DNA of 32,000 nucleotides from Verrucomicrobiota bacterium (GTDB lineage Bacteria; Verrucomicrobiota; Verrucomicrobiia; Opitutales; LL51): NCBI GenBank assembly GCA_021294815.2, contig CP095464.1, positions 90,001 to 122,000 of the forward strand, read 5' to 3'. Shown piece by piece: positions 27,354 to 32,000 of this stretch (position 1 is its first letter; each line of letters starts with the position of its first letter). The notes under the pieces were generated by a model. It saw only the letters and a program-made list of their open reading frames with translations, ran no database searches and was not told where the DNA came from. The position numbers and the translations under genes were made by a program.

Positions 27354-27443
<90 letters not shown>

Positions 27444-27504
27444 TAAACAAACGGCACCTGCAAAAACTACTACCAACAGGGCATTTGTCCACATCAAATA
27501 ATCG

Positions 27505-28743
27505 CTACTGTTTGAGCTTTGCAAAACGCGGCAATCCGTCTTCTTCGGCACATGTGACAGCTCCCTGTATGAGCGGCAATGCATACTTAATAAAATTATG
27601 ATTTAATGCTCCATCTTCGCCGAACCAGTGCTCCGGGAGTGCTTTTTGATGGCCAACAACATTGCTGAGATCCGCGACGCCGTACTCGACACCGTATCGG
27701 CTACCCTCTGCCCGCAGTAGCGTCACCATTTTTCCTGTTACGCCATCAAGTGCAAAATCGACCGCCTTTTTGCCACACATGTACGCCTCATCGATATCCG
27801 TTTGAGACAAATTGTGAGCAGCTGCCCATTGTAGTGCCCCGAGTTGCGTTACGGCTACATGGACTTCCAACGATTCTTCTAGCAAGGTACGCAAGTTGAC
27901 CGAGCTGTTGCTGTGCGCAATAAAATTCCCCTCTTGATCAATCAACGCCGCCCCGGTTACGACGGTACACGCCGCATGAGACTTTAGCTCGGATTGTACT
28001 CGATTGAGAAATGTTTCTGCCGAAAATGGTATCGAAGGCAGTAGTAATAATGGCATTGAACTTTCCCCCCTTTGATGTGCCAATAATGCAGCCGCAATCA
28101 GCCATTCGGTATTGTTTCCTTCAAGTTCAACAATATTGACCCAATCGTGGTTCGCAACTGTCGAGGCATAAAGTGAGGCCTCGGAAACTACCGAGGCCAC
28201 AAACTTCGCACTACTGCCATATCCAAATCCGTGGTCTGTCAAAGGTAGCATGTTATGATTCGATTCGGGTAATGCGATAATACGTAGATCATAACGCCCC
28301 TGCATCCATTGAGTTAATTCAAGCGCGATTGCCTGGGCTTCGGCATCGCCAATGATAAAAAGGAAACGAATATTATGACGTTCTAATGCCTGTAAAAGTG
28401 CCTCAAACTCTTCCTCTGAGCGCTCCGCCCAAGGGAAACTTCCCAATGCCGCTCCCGGGGTAAACAACAAATCGCGGATTGTCTGTTGTGACTGCACTGC
28501 AAGATCTACTAAATCATCGTTAAGGATACCGCAGAAACCATCTCTTGAGCCGAAAATCTCCCCAACGGCTTCGTAATTCAGGGCATTTGAAATAACGCCC
28601 GCTAAGGCTGCATTTGAGGCCGGCGATATATATCCTGATTGTACCACTAAAACGTTTCCTTCAAGCTCTGTATCCGCTTCCGTCATGAGCGCAAACCGTG
28701 CAATTCGTCCCCATTGATGCAATAAAATTTTTGCAGTAGACAT
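27505..28743 (-). CDS. Phosphofructokinase-family protein (PPi-PFK-like architecture) with degenerate catalytic motifs
   Basis: The 412-aa product is colinear with about 400-420 aa PPi-dependent PFKs (TPGAALGS, LTDHGFGYGSSAKFVA, C-terminal YALPLIQG). The signature motifs are replaced: SGGPT.VINAS becomes SGYISPASNAA, GGNDS becomes IGDAE, PKT[IV]DNDL becomes PESNHNML, and MGRHAGWL becomes EGNNTEWL. Confidence 0.7.
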   Translation of the reverse strand: MSTAKILLHQWGRIARFALMTEADTELEGNVLVVQSGYISPASNAALAGVISNALNYEAVGEIFGSRDGFCGILNDDLVDLAVQSQQTIRDLLFTPGAALGSFPWAERSEEEFEALLQALERHNIRFLFIIGDAEAQAIALELTQWMQGRYDLRIIALPESNHNMLPLTDHGFGYGSSAKFVASVVSEASLYASTVANHDWVNIVELEGNNTEWLIAAALLAHQRGESSMPLLLLPSIPFSAETFLNRVQSELKSHAACTVVTGAALIDQEGNFIAHSNSSVNLRTLLEESLEVHVAVTQLGALQWAAAHNLSQTDIDEAYMCGKKAVDFALDGVTGKMVTLLRAEGSRYGVEYGVADLSNVVGHQKALPEHWFGEDGALNHNFIKYALPLIQGAVTCAEEDGLPRFAKLKQ

Positions 28744-28975
28744 CTCATTGGTCGAATGTTGGAGACCAACACAAGTACTATAAGTTTAAAATGTTTAAAA
28801 AATATCAATATTGGTTTCGCTATGATAAAATATACTCTCGAACATGCAGATATGTTCTACTGTGTCATTGACTTCAGTGGCAGGTAGGTGTGAAACGATA
28901 ACTTTCGCTTCGCTAAAAAATTTTTACAAAAACTCTTGACATCGGGCTATATCACACTTTCAACTACAACCAATT

Positions 28976-30656
28976 ATGAAAAAGATCACTAAAATTTCTC
29001 TGATCGCGGCGTGCTTCTTGGGCGACATGGCGTTTTCACATGGAAGTGTTGAAGCGCAGTCATCAAGTTCCCGCTTCGAGAGGTTCCTCGCGAGATACGG
29101 TTATAACAGCCTTGGGGAAAAGGTTTCTGCGGATCAACAGCCTCAGGCTGCGGTTGCCGCTCAATCCGTAGCACAGATGGCAAAGACTTCGAACAGTCAG
29201 CCGACGGCAAAGGTAACTGCACAAGTCGCGCAAATACCTGTATCTTCTGCAGCTCCGAGTTCCCGCTTCGAGAGGTTCCTCGCGAGATACGGTTATAACA
29301 GCCTTGGGGAAAAGGTTTCTGCGGATCAACAGCCTCAGGCTGCGGTTGCCGCTCAATCCGTAGCACAGATGGCAAAGACTTCGAACAGTCAGCCGACGGC
29401 AAAGGTAACTGCACAAGTCGCGCAAATACCCGGTATCTTCTGCAGCTCCGAGTTCCCGCTTCGAGAGGTTCCTCGCGAGATACGGTTATAACAGCCTTGG
29501 GGAAAAGGTTTCTGCGGATCAACAGCCTCAGGCTGCGGTTGCCGCTCAATCCGTAGCACAGATGGCAAAGACTTCGAACAGTCAGCCGACGGCAAAGGTA
29601 ACTGCACAAGTCGCGCAAATACCTGTATCTTCTGCAGCTCCGAGTTCCCGCTTCGAGAGGTTCCTCGCGAGATACGGTTATAACAGCCTTGGGGAAAAGG
29701 TTTCTGCGGATCAACAGCCTCAGGCTGCGGTTGCCGCTCAATCCGTAGCACAGATGGCAAAGACTTCGAACAGTCAGCCGACGGCAAAGGTAACTGCACA
29801 AGTCGCAAAAGCTTCAAGTTCCTCCCAGGGTAACAGTCAATCCAAACAGTACCGCGTATCACGCAAGGTTCCAGTGTATATTTTCACAGATCCCCACTTT
29901 GATACTGTGGCTCTCAATAAAATCGTTGAGTTGAAAAATGCGGGAGCCATTGTTGCCGTAGTTGGAGACTTCGTTGGAACAGTTAAACGTAACCCTGACG
30001 GAAGTTGTGTCGGCGGATATCATGGGAACGATCAACCTCAAAAGATAATCGACATTCTTAAGAATGGTAGAGGCACCTCCGGACATATCGTCGCGGGATA
30101 CGGCAATCACGAATTCTACTCTAAAGAATTTTCAGGGAAAATCGATAATCTCCAAAAATTTGGAAAGGCTTTAACGGCTGCTGGAGTAGAACCGACGAAT
30201 TTATGTCCCGGGGATAAAGGAGCAGCACCATACGTTAAGATCGGAAACTGCTACTTTTTTTCCTATTCTACTGAGGAATACAGTCAATCTATGACGAACG
30301 AAGACAAACAACAATACGAGCGGTGGAGTATTAAGAAGATAGCTGATGAAATCAAACGAGTTTGTGACTCTAAAACGGAAGAGATTTTTCTATTAAATCA
30401 CGCGAAGCTTAGCGAGTCCGAGAAAATTACAACTGGAGTTATTCAAAGACTTCAATCGTTTTCAAAGGGATTAAAGTTCGATTTAAATAAAGTTTATATC
30501 ACGGCTAGCGCTGCGCACGATCACTACTACAGTGGCCCCCACGCAAAGTGGTTGAATATCAATGGCAAGAGAGTATTGCAAGTATTCCCAAAACCGGGCG
30601 TATACTATGGTCAGTTAAAGGCTAGTGGCAAACGAAGCTTTAAAAAGTTGCGTTAA
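28976..30656 (+). pseudogene. Secreted repeat-containing metallophosphoesterase, split into two track ORFs (28976-29491 and 29562-30656) by a 1-nt insertion inside the tandem repeat
   Basis: The signal peptide is MKKITKISLIAACFLGDMAFSHGSVEA. About 3.9 copies of a 64-aa repeat follow. The C-terminal domain has calcineurin-like phosphoesterase motifs (FTDPHF, VVGDFV, YGNHEF, LLNHAK, AAHDHYY). The consensus acctgtatc reads acccggtatc at 29428-29437 in the second copy, which shifts the frame by +1. The downstream frame is open from about 29298 to 30656. Confidence 0.75.
29066..29806 (+). repeat. Tandem direct repeat, 192-bp unit, about 3.9 copies, nucleotide-identical apart from one indel
   Basis: Unit starts (agttcccgcttcgagagg) are at 29066, 29258, 29451 and 29643, giving spacings of 192, 193 and 192 bp. 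The last copy diverges after 29806. The encoded unit is SSRFERFLARYGYNSLGEKVSADQQPQAAVAAQSVAQMAKTSNSQPTAKVTAQVAQIPVSSAAP. Confidence 0.95.
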
Positions 30657-30681
30657 CTTGAGCACTCAGACACACTAACAG

Positions 30682-30712
30682 GGGGAGCATCTACTCTCCC
30701 CTTTCCGGTTTA
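30682..30712 (+). terminator. Possible intrinsic terminator between convergent genes
   Basis: The stem pairs ggggag (30682-30687) with ctcccc (30696-30701) around an 8-nt loop, and is followed by tttccggttt. The stem is short and the T tract is interrupted. Confidence 0.4.
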
Positions 30713-30738
30713 ATACTTATTAGCGCTAAAACCTTCTT

Positions 30739-31602
30739 CTACAGCCTCGTTAGATCTTTTTCACCTCTAAGTTGCAAAGTTCGAAATTTATAAAATTTTA
30801 CAAGTTCGTTATATTGATCCCAATTGGCGGTATTTTGTTCTAAAAAAATGTCTTCAATGCCTTGATTGAGCGCGATTAGTTGACGATTTCGTTGGAGATT
30901 TTCTCGTTCATTTGGTAGTAAATTTTGAAAACGTGTCGGTTTGATTTGGGCGATATTTTTATATATGCCCTCAATGGTATGGAAATTTTGCAGCCAATTA
31001 CTAGCAGTTTTCGGCCCAACACCCTGAACTCCAGGAATATTATCTGCCTGATCGCCGATTAGCGATAGATAATCCACAATTTGTCCGGGATACACGCCAA
31101 ATTTTTCGTATACACCTTGCCGATCTAGGAGATGTCCCAACTGGGCCGAACGTGATTCGGGAATTAACAAATATACTTTTTCTGAGACACATTGTGCAAA
31201 ATCCTTATCGGCGCTAAAAATGATTGTTTGATCGAAGTCATTTTGATACTTCCGGGAAAATGAGGCGACTAAGTCGTCTGCCTCGACATGAGATCGTTCG
31301 ATAATTGTCACTCCAAGTGCCTCGGCAAATGCCTTAACAACTGGAATTTGCACCTTCACAGGATCGGGAACTTCGAGTCGGTTAGCTTTATACGCCGGCA
31401 ATAGGGCTTGGCGCTTTGGATCACGACCTTTATCGAGAAAAAAGACCAAGCAAGCCGGCTGTTTCGTCTTAATAATTTTCCACAAAATTTTCACCGAGCC
31501 GAGGATTGCGTTCGTTGGAAACCCGTTGTTACTCAGCATCGGGATCCCGTAAAAACAGCGAAAAATGAGATTCATGCCGTCGATCAAAAAGCATTTCGAC
31601 AT
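30739..31602 (-). CDS. Stand-alone 5'-3' exonuclease (Pol I N-terminal / FEN-like domain)
   Basis: The 287-aa product has typical 5' nuclease motifs: LIDGMNLIFRCFY, FFLDKG...R....P.YKANR, EADD, and the H3TH motif IPGVQGVGPKTA. Confidence 0.85.
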   Translation of the reverse strand: MSKCFLIDGMNLIFRCFYGIPMLSNNGFPTNAILGSVKILWKIIKTKQPACLVFFLDKGRDPKRQALLPAYKANRLEVPDPVKVQIPVVKAFAEALGVTIIERSHVEADDLVASFSRKYQNDFDQTIIFSADKDFAQCVSEKVYLLIPESRSAQLGHLLDRQGVYEKFGVYPGQIVDYLSLIGDQADNIPGVQGVGPKTASNWLQNFHTIEGIYKNIAQIKPTRFQNLLPNERENLQRNRQLIALNQGIEDIFLEQNTANWDQYNELVKFYKFRTLQLRGEKDLTRL

Positions 31603-31707
31603 GCTACGACAACTAGCAACTATCTAAAAAACTCAATCGGGAATCTACTCCATTTTACGCAAAGCCAGGGTCATTTGAAATCATTTTTCGTAATATTTTA
31701 CAATAAA

Positions 31708-31735
31708 TTGACTTTTAGTACACACTTATTAGAAT
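31708..31735 (+). promoter_or_regulatory. Putative sigma70-type promoter for the right-edge metallophosphoesterase gene
   Basis: TTGACT lies at 31708-31713, followed by a 16-nt spacer and TAGAAT at 31730-31735. This is 28 nt upstream of the ATG at 31764. Confidence 0.4.
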
Positions 31736-31763
31736 CAATACGTCCCTTCCTGGGTGAGAAATC

Positions 31764-32000
31764 ATGAAAAATATCTTTAAAATTTTTGCCGTAGTGTGCA
31801 GCATTTTTGGCCGTGTCATACCGTCTTTCGGCGGAACGCATGGCACACGTGACTTTCCGATTTATGCCATGACGGATATTCATATGAATTCCGAACCTCT
31901 CAAAGGCATCACAAAACTCACAGACGGTATCGTTATTGCCAATGGTGATACTGTTACAGGTGTCACTTTTGACAAAAAACAACGTAAACTCGGAAGCAAA
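31764..32000 (+). CDS. Secreted metallophosphoesterase paralog, 5' partial (runs off the window); absent from the ORF track
   Basis: Hand translation from the ATG at 31764 gives MKNIFKIFAVVCSIFGRVIPSFGGTHGTRDFPIYAMTDIHMNSEPLKGITKLTDGIVIANGDTVTGVTFDKKQRKLGSK with no stop. It has a signal-like N-terminus and the D-x-H (TDIH) and G-D (NGDTV) motifs. Their spacing matches FTDPHF...VGDFV of the 28976-30656 gene. Confidence 0.7.
   Translation, partial: MKNIFKIFAVVCSIFGRVIPSFGGTHGTRDFPIYAMTDIHMNSEPLKGITKLTDGIVIANGDTVTGVTFDKKQRKLGSK

Noticed and set aside
29066-29806. The repeat array considered as a possible CRISPR or other noncoding satellite
   Set aside because: The units are contiguous with no unique spacers and are 192 bp long. 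They are in frame with a flanking signal peptide and enzyme domain, and no cas genes are present.
28989-29862. Minus-strand ORFs of 270, 157 and 120 aa running through the tandem repeat
   Set aside because: They are open only because one stop-free antisense frame of the 192-bp unit is repeated four times. Their products are Arg/Cys/Leu-rich nonsense repeats. The plus-strand frame has a signal peptide and a bona fide catalytic domain.
31408-31982. Track ORFs 31408-31767 (+, 119 aa) and 31698-31982 (-, 94 aa)
   Set aside because: The first lies antisense to the 5'-3' exonuclease gene and extends into the intergenic promoter region. The second lies antisense to the better-supported metallophosphoesterase ORF starting at 31764.

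Overview
This is a bacterial chromosomal window of moderate GC content, with dense coding and no transposase, integrase or CRISPR. The left 18 kb (1-18131) is entirely minus-strand and looks accessory. It holds a giant ORF (more than 3,260 codons, ATG at 9784, still open at base 1) that the supplied ORF track misses because it has no stop in the window. Directly upstream of it lies a translationally coupled module: a YscY-like TPR protein, SctV (the LcrD/YscV-type type III secretion export gate) and a 413-aa acidic protein. Further upstream are two separately terminated paralogous genes (513 and 870 aa). Both encode signal-peptide proteins built from an internally duplicated domain that I cannot assign to any family. 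The right 14 kb is mostly housekeeping: accD, folC (frameshifted at an A6 run), two tandem DUF1343/NamZ-like genes, ogt, mutY, tmk, holB, a small pyrophosphatase-fold protein, a 5'-3' exonuclease, and tRNA-Lys(CUU), tRNA-Glu(CUC), tRNA-Glu(UUC) and tRNA-Ser(GGA). It also contains a phosphofructokinase-family protein with all catalytic motifs degenerate. A secreted metallophosphoesterase there carries about 3.9 perfect 192-bp tandem repeats interrupted by a 1-nt frameshift, and a second metallophosphoesterase paralog runs off the right edge. The taxon is not determinable from the sequence. All homology statements rest on motif recognition from memory, not on searches.
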